Shown: positions 13,911 through 25,343, counted from the whole stretch's first letter. The stretch: DNA of 63,948 bases, filler included, from Octopus bimaculoides (GCF_001194135.2; 4 parts of 3 records of this genome joined end to end with filler, not necessarily neighbours in it), one strand, 5' to 3'. The notes: a model not told the origin generated them from the sequence alone. Numbers and translations are program-made.

Positions 13911-15114
13911 TAAGGTTTAGACAAAAAATATTACTACTATTTATTTTAGCAGTTGCAGCTTGTTACACAATACATTTATTGATGCATAAATGGTCTAGGG
14001 ACACTACTTGTTGTTTCAGCAATTGGAAATATCTTTTTGGTTTGCACTGATAGTGTGGTGTTGCATTGATTTCTTTCTGTTATGTAACGAAATGATCTTT
14101 CTAGTGGTAGTTTTTTATGTCAGTGCTATGGAATAATTTGTGTATTTTATTATTGACTTTGTCGAAGTAACTATTGATTAGAGACGGGAATTGCTTCGTG
14201 GTACAGTTTATGACGTTCTTACGGAACTAGATTATGTATGTGGACATGTGTGTGTGTGTATACACACACATATACGAAGTTTCGTATTTTACTGCATTCG
14301 AAATCTTATCATTCGGTGGGTGGTTTAGTTTGTATTATTTATCAAACCCAAATACCAGATATAGCTATAACTCTTCCCCCTTTCCTCTCTCACCCCTCAC
14401 TTCCCCTCCTTCACTTTCTGTCTCTCTCTCTCTCTCTCTCTGATGATGATGATAAAGTATTTTTGATTATATTATATTTCTTTATTTGTTCATATTTGCA
14501 ACACAAGTAGTTTTACACGATGATAGATAGATAGATAGATAGATAGGTAGGGGTGAGAGAGAATAGTGTGACATATTTATCTCTGAAGAGCGTTATCGAT
14601 ATTACTGAAGTGAAACACTTCATTTTTCCCAAAGAAAGAATTGACGTCGTGTCAAATACCTTGCACGTTGTGAACCCATCTCCAAAAATGCAAATAGCTT
14701 CTCTTTTTTTCTTTTCTTTTCGTTTCTGTCCTCCATTCCGTCTTTTTTATAAATATTTTTTGCAGTTATTTTCTAATAAAAAAAAAGATTTTTCCTGCAG
14801 CCTGTAATCTTTTTTTTTTTTTTTTTTTCTTGGCTATGAATAATATATTCTTTTTTTTTTAAATCTCGGTTTCTGTCTATTTTTAATCTTGAATCTGGAG
14901 TAGAGTTTGTTAGAATGCAATATAACGTTTAATCAGAGACAGAGTTACTATCATGGTCCGATATATCGTCGCCAGGCGCCGACAAAGGCCGCTCGACGCG
15001 GCTGTTTGCTCTGCTAGAAATAACAGCCAAGTTTTATTCGCATCGCACACACAACGCTTTTGTTGTTGGTTCGAAGGTTACTCTGGATAATATAGTCGTA
15101 GATATCTTTTACCT

Positions 15115-15320
15115 TTCACTCTCGATTCTGTCATTGAACTGAGGCCATGCTGAATCCCCACTTTTAAAGGGTTTAGTCTAACAGATCGATCCCCGTGCTA
15201 ATTTCTAAGTGTGGCACTTATTCTGTCGTACTGCTATTGGCCAGACCGCTTGATCACGGGAACGTAAACAAACCAACACCTGTTATGAAGTGGTGGTGCA
15301 AAATAAGCAACACATACTTA
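15115..15320 (-). mobile_element. SINE family C tail
   Basis: tcattgaactgaggccatgctg...gggaacgtaaacaaaccaacacc. Confidence 0.7.
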
Positions 15321-15323
15321 AGT

Positions 15324-15360
<37 letters not shown>

Positions 15361-16369
15361 NNNNNNNNNNNNNNNNNNNNNNNNNNNNNNNNNNNNNNNN
15401 NNNNNNNNNNNNNNNNNNNNNNNNNNNNNNNNNNNNNNNNNNNNNNNNNNNNNNNNNNNNNNNNNNNNNNNNNNNNNNNNNNNNNNNNNNNNNNNNNNNN
15501 NNNNNNNNNNNNNNNNNNNNNNNNNNNNNNNNNNNNNNNNNNNNNNNNNNNNNNNNNNNNNNNNNNNNNNNNNNNNNNNNNNNNNNNNNNNNNNNNNNNN
15601 NNNNNNNNNNNNNNNNNNNNNNNNNNNNNNNNNNNNNNNNNNNNNNNNNNNNNNNNNNNNNNNNNNNNNNNNNNNNNNNNNNNNNNNNNNNNNNNNNNNN
15701 NNNNNNNNNNNNNNNNNNNNNNNNNNNNNNNNNNNNNNNNNNNNNNNNNNNNNNNNNNNNNNNNNNNNNNNNNNNNNNNNNNNNNNNNNNNNNNNNNNNN
15801 NNNNNNNNNNNNNNNNNNNNNNNNNNNNNNNNNNNNNNNNNNNNNNNNNNNNNNNNNNNNNNNNNNNNNNNNNNNNNNNNNNNNNNNNNNNNNNNNNNNN
15901 NNNNNNNNNNNNNNNNNNNNNNNNNNNNNNNNNNNNNNNNNNNNNNNNNNNNNNNNNNNNNNNNNNNNNNNNNNNNNNNNNNNNNNNNNNNNNNNNNNNN
16001 NNNNNNNNNNNNNNNNNNNNNNNNNNNNNNNNNNNNNNNNNNNNNNNNNNNNNNNNNNNNNNNNNNNNNNNNNNNNNNNNTTTGATGGCTTTTTCCCCTT
16101 TGTTTACGAACAGTCTAGTTAATCGGAAATGTCAGAACTAACAGGGATTAATACCATATACACCGTCACAGCAGTTACTGTATTCAACTGAATAGACGTC
16201 AGTGATTAGTTGAAATTATCGAAATAAGACAATTTTTAACGTGAAATAACTTCGAATACAAAATTTATTATCTGTTCTATACCACAAAATATACAAGTAT
16301 ACGAAGTTGGAAAGTGTTTCGGTACCAAAAACACTACATAAAAAAATGTTGCCCGTCAAATCACAAAGG

Positions 16370-16510
16370 TCCCCAACTGCCAAATTAACTCCCATGGCAT
16401 TGGTCGGTCCCGGGTCTACAGTGGAAGACACTTGCCCAAGGTGCGGCGCAGTGGGACCGAACTCGAAATCGCGTAGTTGCAAAGCGAGCTTCTTAACCAC
16501 ACGAAAAGCT
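16370..16510 (-). mobile_element. SINE family C head
   Basis: gaagacacttgcccaaggtgcggcgcagtgggaccgaactc. Confidence 0.8.
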
Positions 16511-17076
16511 GGTTGGATTGATCACGGCTGGAAAGTCTTTGATCACATATCGGTTTGTTCATTCAGAGCTGACCTGGGCGTATATCATCGCCATGCTTCT
16601 TCTTCTGAAATCGTATTTTCATTGAACTTTCTTCTCTGCATGTTTTTTTTTTCCTCCGTTCCTCACTGTTCCTCCCAAACAACCCCTCCCCCCTCACGCA
16701 CGCACACACACACACACACACACACATTCGCTACGTTAAAGATATCTATTTCCTTTGTAAAAACTAGTCGGCTTCTGGAGAGGTGCCGCTTCTTTCATCT
16801 TGTCTCTTAAGATGATATTATTCATCTTGGCATCGGATTGACAAAAGAAAGCCAGAGCAAAAGGCCACTGAGATTTTGTATGTCACCACTGCCAACAACA
16901 ACAACAACAATAATGCTGCTGTTGATGCTGGTTTTGTAACATTTGCTCTGTAGACATGTTGCACAATATCACTGCAACTTGGCTAACACTCAAAAATTTG
17001 TATGAATTGCTGATTCTCAAACAAACAATTAATAATAATAATAATAATTATTATTTTTATCGTTGTTATTATTATT

Positions 17077-17280
17077 AAGGTACCGAGATGGCAGAATCGT
17101 TAGCACGCCAGGCAAAATTTTTAGCGGTATTTCGTCTGTCTTTACGTTCTCAGTTCAAATTCCACCACGGTCAACTTTGCCTTTCCTCTTTTCGGGGTCG
17201 ATAGAACAAAGTACCAGCTGAGTATTGGGGTCAAAGTAATCGACTAAGTAGTCCCCTCCCTCAAAGTTTCAGGCCTTGTA
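17077..17280 (+). mobile_element. SINE family A, full length
   Basis: ggcagaatcgttagcacgcc...gttcaaattcc...ggggtcgat...tttcaggccttgt; preceded by (ATT)n. Confidence 0.85.
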
Positions 17281-17282
17281 AT

Positions 17283-17607
17283 TCTTTTATTTGTCTGCTT
17301 CAGTCATTGGACTGCGGCCTTGCTGGGGCACCGTTTTGAAGGGTTTCGTCGAACAAATTGATTCCAATACTTATTCTCTTTAAGTCTGATTATTTATTCT
17401 ATTAGTCTCTTTTCTGAACCGCTACGTCACAGGGACGTAAACAAACCAGCACCGATTGTCAAGTGGTGTAAGAACAAATACACACACATTATATACGACA
17501 GGTTTCCACACAGTTTCTAGTTGCCAAATTCACTTACAAGGCATTGGTCGGCCCAAGGCTTATAATAGAAAACACTTGCACAAGGTGACTGAACCCGAAA
17601 CCACACA
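17283..17607 (-). mobile_element. SINE family C
   Basis: Tail cagtcattggactgcggcc through head acacttgcacaaggtg..ctgaacccg. Confidence 0.8.
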
Positions 17608-17737
17608 GTCATTCCTAGAATGTTTCAGTGGATTGTTGTCACTTATTTGCCACCTAGGCCACTAAGAGACTCTACTCCCAGACAATCTTTAGGGATTGTT
17701 AAGAGACCCATCTCACAATCCCTGGAGGGTACTGAGG

Positions 17738-17976
17738 CGGTGGTTCTCAATTCCTGCAACCTTTCCCTCTCTAAAAGATATTAACGAAATTTTTTGTTCC
17801 CTCTCTTGTATTAATGAGAAAACAAAATGGAGATTGCATCGAAACGATTCTTTCCTTCGCTATGGCGTTGGGTAAGTTTAAGAAAGTATAAAAACCTATC
17901 TTCATTTTATTAAACATATCAATGTTAGTCACCCTTTTTCAACCCTCACAGCCCCTTTTGTCTATGAGAAACACTA
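17738..17976. mobile_element. Possible old hAT-type MITE
   Basis: Ends CGGTGGTTCTCA ... TGAGAAACACTA; no convincing TSD. Confidence 0.3.
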
Positions 17977-18457
17977 GTCTGCAGAGTATATTAACACGTC
18001 TCTTCACAACCCCTAGAAAACGCTGGGAAATACGTCTGTTGTGTCTTCTCTGACAACTCCTACCGACCTCTGTCGTTACATCACTGAACTTGGTGTCTTT
18101 TTCTTATGTATAGTTTATTTCCTTGGCTCTCTCTCTCTCTCTCTCCCCATGTGTGTGTTTATTTGTTTTTCTGTGTGTACGCGTATATAATATATTAAAC
18201 TCGTCTAGCAACAAAGCAACAATTAAACTTGTATCTTTTAATTGTTGTTGTTTATTATCTCGGCTCTAATCCAGTGAGGCCGACTCAAGTATCTCATGTT
18301 TCCTTATCCTATTTATTTATTAATAAACCTCTTTTTTGTATTTTGCCATTGTAGATTTGGTTATCGTTTCTCAACTCTTTTGATTTATTTGATGCTTTTA
18401 TTTTCGTTTTGCTGACGCTAACAAATCATTAGTTTATTTTAGGCTGTGATTGCTTGT

Positions 18458-19020
18458 ATATCGTTTACTTGTTTCAGTCATTGGACTACGGCCATGCCTG
18501 TACTACCGCTTTGAAGGACTTCTAGTCTAGTGGTTCTCAACCTTTTTAGTATCCAGGACAGATCCCAAACCTGGATTTTTTTTAGCCCCCACCCAGCACC
18601 AAAAAAGATTAGTCAGAAAAAGAAATGTTTATAGAGAAAAGACCGCCGAGGGCCGCTGGAAGGGTACTTGAGGGCCACATGCAGTCCGGGGAACCGCTGG
18701 TTCAGCCGAACAACTCAATTCCAGTACTTATTTTTAAAACCTGGTACTTATTCTAACGCTTCTTTTCGCCGAACCGCTAAGTTACGGGGACGTAAGCAAA
18801 CCAACACCAGTCAAGTGGTATTGGGGGATAAACACATATATACATAAGGCGGGCTTCTTTCAGTTTCCGTCTACCAAATCCGCTCACAAGGCTTCGAAAG
18901 GTCCGAATACATTAGAAGACGCTAGAGTACATTAGAAGACCAATGTGTCACGCAGTGAAACTGAACCCGGAACCATGCGGTTGGGATGCAGTCGTCTTAC
19001 CACAGAGCCACGTTGTGCTT
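18458..19020 (-). mobile_element. SINE family C, full length, hosting a hAT MITE
   Basis: Tail, ttctttcagtttccgtctaccaaatcc core and cgcagtgaaactgaacccggaaccatg head. Confidence 0.8.
18528..18699. mobile_element. hAT-type MITE inserted into a SINE
   Basis: Ends TAGTGGTTCTCAAC ... GGGAACCGCTG; degenerate 8-bp TSD ttctagtc/gttcagcc; SINE sequence resumes in register on both sides. Confidence 0.6.
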
Positions 19021-19104
19021 ATATGTTGATATATTTAATATTTTATAGCTGTAATTTCATTGGTCTCCGGTTCTTTAGTCTATGGATATTCCCTGCGTTA
19101 CGCA

Positions 19105-19240
19105 TGATGTTGAAATCCGTAACATGAAGTGCATTTCCCATTGTCTTTCGTGTGATTTTCGTAACACGAAATCTGTTTCCATTGATTTCTGTGTACCATA
19201 GGAGTCAATGGAAAATAGGCTTCACGTTACGGAATTCCAC
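19105..19240. repeat. Direct plus inverted copies of a ~37-bp unit
   Basis: tccgtaacatgaagtgcatttcccattg, ttcgtaacacgaaatctgtttccattg, and an inverted caatggaaaataggcttcacgttacgga. Confidence 0.6.
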
Positions 19241-19750
19241 GTTGCGTCGAGCTTTCAGGAACACAAAGTTTGTTATGCGGGATGGGAGAGGAGCCTTCAT
19301 ATTAATGCCCTCCACTGAGATACCAGAACTTACCTCGGTGTATCACTGTATACAGAACTTACCTCTGTCAGTGTTGTTTTATTGAAGTAAAGTGCTCCTT
19401 CAGGAAGGTTTAGGCGAAATTCCTCTTATAAAATTGCATTTCTGGTTGTATATGTGCTCATACATATATATCTGTTTTCTCCCATGTATATACGTATATA
19501 TCATACGTATATATCTGTTCTCCCATGTATATACGTATATATCATACGTATATATCTGTTTTCTCCCATGTATATTGTTTCATCATAAGTCACCCATGAT
19601 CCACAAAACCTATGGTCAAAGGCACAAACAGCACATAATCCTTCAAATGTCTTTCCTAAGACCGCAGGATGTGGATTCACATAGATTTCGGTGGCTATTT
19701 CTAGCAGTCTGGAGACCACATAGTTCCTTCCCCTCTATCTTTAAAAAAAA

Positions 19751-20000
19751 CAGAGACGGTTGCAGTTTTTACAGGTAAGCACTTCCGCTTTATAGCAGTA
19801 ACTTTTAGCGTTTGGGTCACACGTGACCAGCAGTATGTTTGCTTCTTTCGGATTTCAAGTTTTTGCCTTTGCACAATTTAAACCGGTCAGACTTTTGGAG
19901 TTTGTGGTTACCTCATTGGTTAATGTATTCAAATTTGCGCATGCGTATTATGCACATGTGTAAGCGTGCGGGAAAACTTGCACTCGTGTCACAACAGAAC
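19751..20000 (+). pseudogene. FUT8: Partial duplicate of the FUT8 exon 3' end (QRRLQFLQ), its splice donor and ~225 bp of intron
   Basis: Matches 23455-23704 with about 8 substitutions in 250 bp by eye. Donor CAG|gtaagc is intact; the one exonic change is synonymous (TTA/TTG). Confidence 0.85.
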
Positions 20001-21237
20001 AGTTTGTATTGCGTATTTTTCGTAATTTTATAATTTTCTTATTCAAACTTCATTACTATAGACCCAAGGACAAATAATTGTGTGTACGAGAGTAACTAGG
20101 AATTATTTGTAACTCAATGCAGAACAAATATTTTAGGGGATTTCCTTCGTAAAACACCAGTTGTTTTTTTTAGATATATTTCTTAATTTATATTTTATTT
20201 TAATTTTTGTTACTGTTTATATAATTCGCTGACAAAGACTTGTGAAAGTCATACACACATGCATGATTCATTCCAAAAATTTCCTGCCGATCGAAATTCT
20301 ATTGACAAAGATTTGGATTTGCTCGCTATCGATAGAAAAGATAAAAGGCACGCAAATCTGTCCTGCTGTGGGATGGAACCAGAAACCACGAAGTTGCGAA
20401 GCAAATTTCTTAACCAGAAAACCATGCCTACGCTCTAGGCAGTTAAATATGTCCACTTTTGCAATATTTGTAGAATTCTTTCAATCTGAATCTGTCATGT
20501 ACCGTGTTACGTTAATTACACCGTTTATCACCTGTTTTGAAATTGCTGCTAAAACCGCCTTTCCTTTGATCTCGGTCTGCCGTCTTTCCTGATATACAAA
20601 AGCATACGGACATTGTTTCTTTGAATCTAGTTTACTTCCCACTCGTCTTGCTGAGCCTACCCCCAGGTCATAGCTAGAAAGAGGAGGTGCTGATAGTGAA
20701 AGAAAGAACTACCTTGATATCTATATATACATATATTCCTCTATACACTTAAAATAAATTAGTAACAGGTAGATCAATCTTGAATCACTTAACAACCTTT
20801 GTAAGATTTTCGTGTTGTACTAAGAACGTACGGCATCGTTCATTTATGTCCAAATCACTTTTTGGCTGTCTTGCTGCGTGCTTGGCACTGGGCCATTTGT
20901 TAACCGGATGAGAAGCAGAGAGATATCACACAGATCTCTCCTTCACACCTAAACTCGCAGCTACAACAGGAAATGTTGGACAATTCTAGATTGATTGAAT
21001 CACAGTTTTTCTCTTCTTGATCTGGATTATTGTCAATTGATTGCTGGTGGAGAGAGAACCTTACACTTGGAATTATATATTTTTTTCTTCCTATCAGGCA
21101 CTATAGTTCGTTAGACTTGGCCTTTTTCTTTTTTTATCAACGGTAACTAAGGGTTATCTAGATTACAAAGACCCCCTTACATTCACACACGCATACTCGT
21201 TTTCGTGTTCGTTTGGAGAAATTAGATTTTAAATTAC

Positions 21238-21688
21238 TGGTTTCAAATTTTGGCACAAAACCAGCGATTTTGGAGAAGGGGTAAGTCGATTAGATCGACC
21301 AGTACATGACTAGTCGATTAACTCGACCCCAGTGCTTATTTTATCTACCCTGGATGGCAAAGTCGAGTCCGGTGGCATTTGAACTCAGAACGGAAAGGCG
21401 GTTAAAATGCCACAAAGCACTTTGACCGGCGTGCTAACTATTTTGCTACCTCGCCGCCTAGATTTTAAATTATTGATTTCAAATTTTGGCACAAGGCCAG
21501 CACTTTGGAAAGAGGAGTTAAGTCGATTAAATTGACCCCAGTGCTCTACTGGTACTTATTTTATCTACCCGGAAAGGATGAAAGGCAAAATCGACCTCGG
21601 TGGAATTTGAACCCAGAGCGTCAAGACAGACGAAATGCTACTAAGCATTTTGCTCGACGTGTTAACGATTCTGCCAGCGCGCCGCCTA
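21238..21688 (-). mobile_element. Two tandem SINE family A copies
   Basis: Both start tttcaaattttggcacaa and end ...cgccgccta; CpGs retained. Confidence 0.85.
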
Positions 21689-21980
21689 AATTCAAAATTA
21701 TTAAAAGGAATTTTAAATGAAATTATTTTAAAGATGAACAGAAGCCTGCATAAGGTAATAATGCGTTGTTCTGTGAAAATTCAGAATGTTCCTGAACATT
21801 AAGTGTAGGCTGGAAAACTTTTACCTGCTTTAATGCTTTCGAAAAAAAAAAAAAAGTGTTCGTTCTGCTTGTTAAACATTTTTCTCTGCTCTCTTATTAC
21901 CCTTGTCTACACATACACCTCAACTCTTGTGACGCTCTACATTTAGCATAACCAGGTGTGTACAACAATGCAACAAATAA

Positions 21981-22218
21981 TCTTCGAATTTTGGTACAAG
22001 GCCAGCAATTTCACAGTCTGGTCGGAGGTTATTCGATGACGTTGACCTTAGTTCTTGACTGGTACTTTATTTTATCAACCCCGGAAGGATGAAAGGTAAA
22101 GCTGACTACTTATTTTATCGATCGCAAAGCTGACCTCGGTAGTATTTGGACTCAGAATGTAAAGAATACAGAAGTATTTCGCCCGACACTTTTGCGATTC
22201 TTCCAGTTCACCTGCCTC
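21981..22218 (-). mobile_element. SINE family A
   Basis: gaattttggtacaaggcc...ggaaggatgaaaggtaaag...atttggactcagaatg. Confidence 0.75.
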
Positions 22219-22237
22219 ACATTTTGAAATAATTCTA

Positions 22238-22449
22238 CAGGGTCTCCACAAGGTCTGGGTACATGAAGTAAATAAAATCATAACATAAACAATTAAATAT
22301 AAGAAATAATAATTTCTTAAAGTATGTGTTAATCCCCATGTGGATACATGGAGTAAATAAAATCATAACATAAATAATTAAATATAAAAAATAATAATTC
22401 CTTAAAATATGTGTTAATCTCCATGTACCCAGACTTTGTGGACACCCTG
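22238..22449. mobile_element. Tc1/mariner-type MITE with internal 85-bp tandem duplication
   Basis: TA-flanked ~28-bp TIRs CAGGGT(c/g)TCCACAA(g/a)GTCTGGGTACATG at both ends; body repeated twice (TACATG at 22260 and 22345). Confidence 0.85.
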
Positions 22450-23363
22450 TATATCTAAAAGCTCCATGGAAATGGCTCAGTGTAAAACGTCCTTTTTGAA
22501 AACATTTTGAATGCTCCTGTGAAGGAAGTGTTGATTTGAAGGTTTACTGTGCTACTTCGTATTTTCCCTTAAAAAAAAAAACCTCAAATGTAATATTTTG
22601 TTCCTTTCAATGCAAACGGTCAGTGAATTTGATAGACAGTCTGTTGGTCTTTTATGAGTTCTGTTGTTGAATTCTTTAGCAAGAATCAAAATGAAACCAG
22701 TAGCATCCGAAGAAACTAGAAATGGTTTGCTTTGGAAATATTAAGTTGAAAGCAATCACAACAGTGGGGGGGGAGTTATTCTTCGTAAAAGAGGATACAT
22801 TTAACGTTTTCGCGAAGTCCTTTCTCCAACCGAGGGCCCTGCCCCAACCAATACTTTTATACAGTCGCTTCTCTGTTTTTGAAGACTAATTTTATTTCTA
22901 TCTTACTTCTCTTTCTTCCCGCTGACTGATTCTTACTAACCTACGTGAATCTTCCTGCTAATAAAAAGGGTTTTTAATTGAAGACAGAAAAAAGAGAAAA
23001 ATACTTCATTCCATGAATTTTTTTACCAGACTGTATTTATTAAGAAATGTTTAATTAGTAAGACATCACTTAGTTCAATTAAATAGGGCTAGATATGATT
23101 AGCAATGACGAGAGATTTAAAAAACTTCGTATTAAGTAAAAAAAAAAGTGGGGGGGGGGACTTAATATGTGAATATTATGTGTCCTTTTTCTTATAATCC
23201 CTCAATTTCGGTTTCAGATGATTGAACCTGCTTGATATTGTAATGAAATGATTATCTCATTTGCAATAGCTGCGACCGTTAGGGGTCCACATGTACCACC
23301 ACAATTATAATTATAAAACTAGTTGCCCCCTCCTCTTCAATGTTATTTTTCTATCTGTTTCAG

Positions 23364-23478
23364 GACTTTGATCTCTGATATCGAACAACTACGTGGTGTT
23401 GATGGCCTTGACCATTGGCGGGAGAAAGAATCGCAAGACCTGGCTGATTTAGTGCAGAGACGGTTACAGTTTTTACAG
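23364..23478 (+). CDS. FUT8: Internal coding exon of alpha-(1,6)-fucosyltransferase (core fucosyltransferase)
   Basis: Acceptor ttttctatctgtttcag, donor CAG|gtaagc. 115 nt = 1 + 38 codons: TLISDIEQLRGVDGLDHWREKESQDLADLVQRRLQFLQ. This aligns without gaps to the human FUT8 segment [38 protein letters not shown] (recalled, not searched). Confidence 0.9.
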
Positions 23479-23972
23479 GTAAGCACCTCCGCTTTATAGC
23501 AGTAACTTTTAGCGTTTGGGTCACATGTGACCAGCAGTATGTTTGCTTCTTTGGGATTTCAAGTTTTTGCCTTTGCACAATTTAAACCGGTCAGACTCTT
23601 GGAGTTTGTGGTTACCTCATTGGTTAATGTATTCATATTTGCGCATGCGTATTATGCACATGTGTAAGCGTGCGGGAAAACTTGCACTCGTCTCACAATA
23701 GAACATGTGTATTTTATATTCATTACCGTTTATGTGTGTGCGTGTATATGTATTCCATGCGTATATGTGGTTGTGTGCATCATATTTTCACTCAAGTTGA
23801 GAATTCGTGAAACGTTTTACAAAGTTTTAGCGTTCCTCTGATCAAAATGTATCTGGTAAATGCTTTTTTTTTTTTTTTTTAAAGAATCCAAACATTTGTA
23901 GGTTTCTATGCAATTTCGTCGTAACGTAAGCTCATTGCACCTATGGTAATAGGAACAAATGGAAATCCGTAG

Positions 23973-24457
23973 TGTATGTATGTATGATGGCACTTCGTTG
24001 GTTACGACGACGAGGGTTCCAGTTGATCCGATCAACAGAACAGCCTGCTCGTGAAATTAAGGTGTCAGTGGCTGAGCACTCCACAGACACGTGTACCCTT
24101 AACGTAGTTCTCGGGGGAGATTCAGCATGACACAGAGTGTGATAAGGCTGGCCCCTTTGAATTACAGGAAGTAAGAGTGAGAGAAAGTTGTGGTGAAAGA
24201 GTACAGCAGGGTTGTTTAGTGAAGACCAGCAGTCGCCCATGTATGCCAGTCTCCCCCTCTTCACGCCGCCGATGTTGTCCAACGGAAAGGCAAAGGGGCC
24301 GATACAGCTCGGCACCAGTGACGTCCCATCTCATTTTTAAGGCTGACTGAACTGGAGCGACACGAAACCAAGAACACAACGCACAGTCCGGCCCGAGAAT
24401 CGAATTCACAACCTCGCGCTTGTAAGGCCAACATCCTAACCACTGAGCCATGTACCT
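23973..24457 (-). mobile_element. SINE family B, full length (~480 bp) with (CATA)n tail
   Basis: Head TGGCTCAGTGGTTAGG...GTGAATTCGATTCTCG (tRNA A and B boxes); 3' end ggaaccctcgtcgtcgtaaccaacgaagtgcc. Confidence 0.85.
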
Positions 24458-25343
24458 ATGGACGTGTATATACATGCGTGCTATATACTAAATTTGTCTG
24501 TTCATAGTGGAGCGCACAATTTCGGGGGGAAAATTGAAGCAAAGCATAGGAGAAGAGTTGTTACGAGAAACACTAATCTAATCTAACTAATCTTTCTAAA
24601 ACAACCCCTCATCTTTAGATATCTCACCAGCCCCACCATCATACAAATGTTTCTTAACTATAAGTACCTGATTGTAGATCTTGGTGTAACTAATATAAAA
24701 CCTTCTGATCTTGTATCACCTTCTTCATTAGTTTGTTTACCTACACACACTACAAAACAAAACAAAAAACAATCTCAATTTTCTACTAATACTGATTTCT
24801 GTTTATTATTTCTTAACTGTTATTATTACTTTAAAATGTATTAGAACAAACGATATCGCACGTACTTACATTGAACTTTCGGTTAAATTATATTACAGCA
24901 GAAGTTGTTTATTGTTTTCTGTTGTTATCTTCCAGAAGGAATTTTATACAATATACAAGTTATTACATTTACATTGTGTGCAGGAACAATATTCGGTGAC
25001 GTCGCCCTTGTGTGATAATTGCAAAATGTTTTATAGACAATTACGTTTCTTAACACGCTGTAGTAGAATATAAGGGATTTATTAAAAAAGAAAATGTGAA
25101 AAGAAAACAACTTTTCCTGATAAGAATCAATGTGTGACTGCGTATATAATATACACACGCATATTTATGCAGGCATAAATATATTTTCGTACACATACAC
25201 ATATATAACATGTATAAATATGATATAGAACAAGTGTATAATATATAAATATATATATATATATATATCGTGTGTGTGTGTGTGTGCATATAAAGAATGA
25301 GAAACATTTTCATATGAATGTGTATGTCTATACACTGAATTCT

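Noticed and set aside
19392-19778. 128-aa ORF with RFRWLFLAVW, superficially like a FUT8 signal anchor
   Set aside because: Built from a small tandem repeat, a dispersed repeat (gctatttctagcag motif also at ~15025, 29830, 50255) and the duplicated exon end in another frame
23885-23995. tttaaag|AATCCAAAC... reading NPNICRFLCN...CTYGN...VVY, reminiscent of the next FUT8 exon NPKDC...CN..GCGYGC...VVY
   Set aside because: Motif spacings do not match, there is an in-frame stop, and the VVYVCM part is the (TATG)n tail of the adjacent SINE
24380-24457. tRNA-like sequences (also 31335-31400 and other SINE heads)
   Set aside because: A and B boxes are present but there is no complete cloverleaf, and each continues into SINE body sequence
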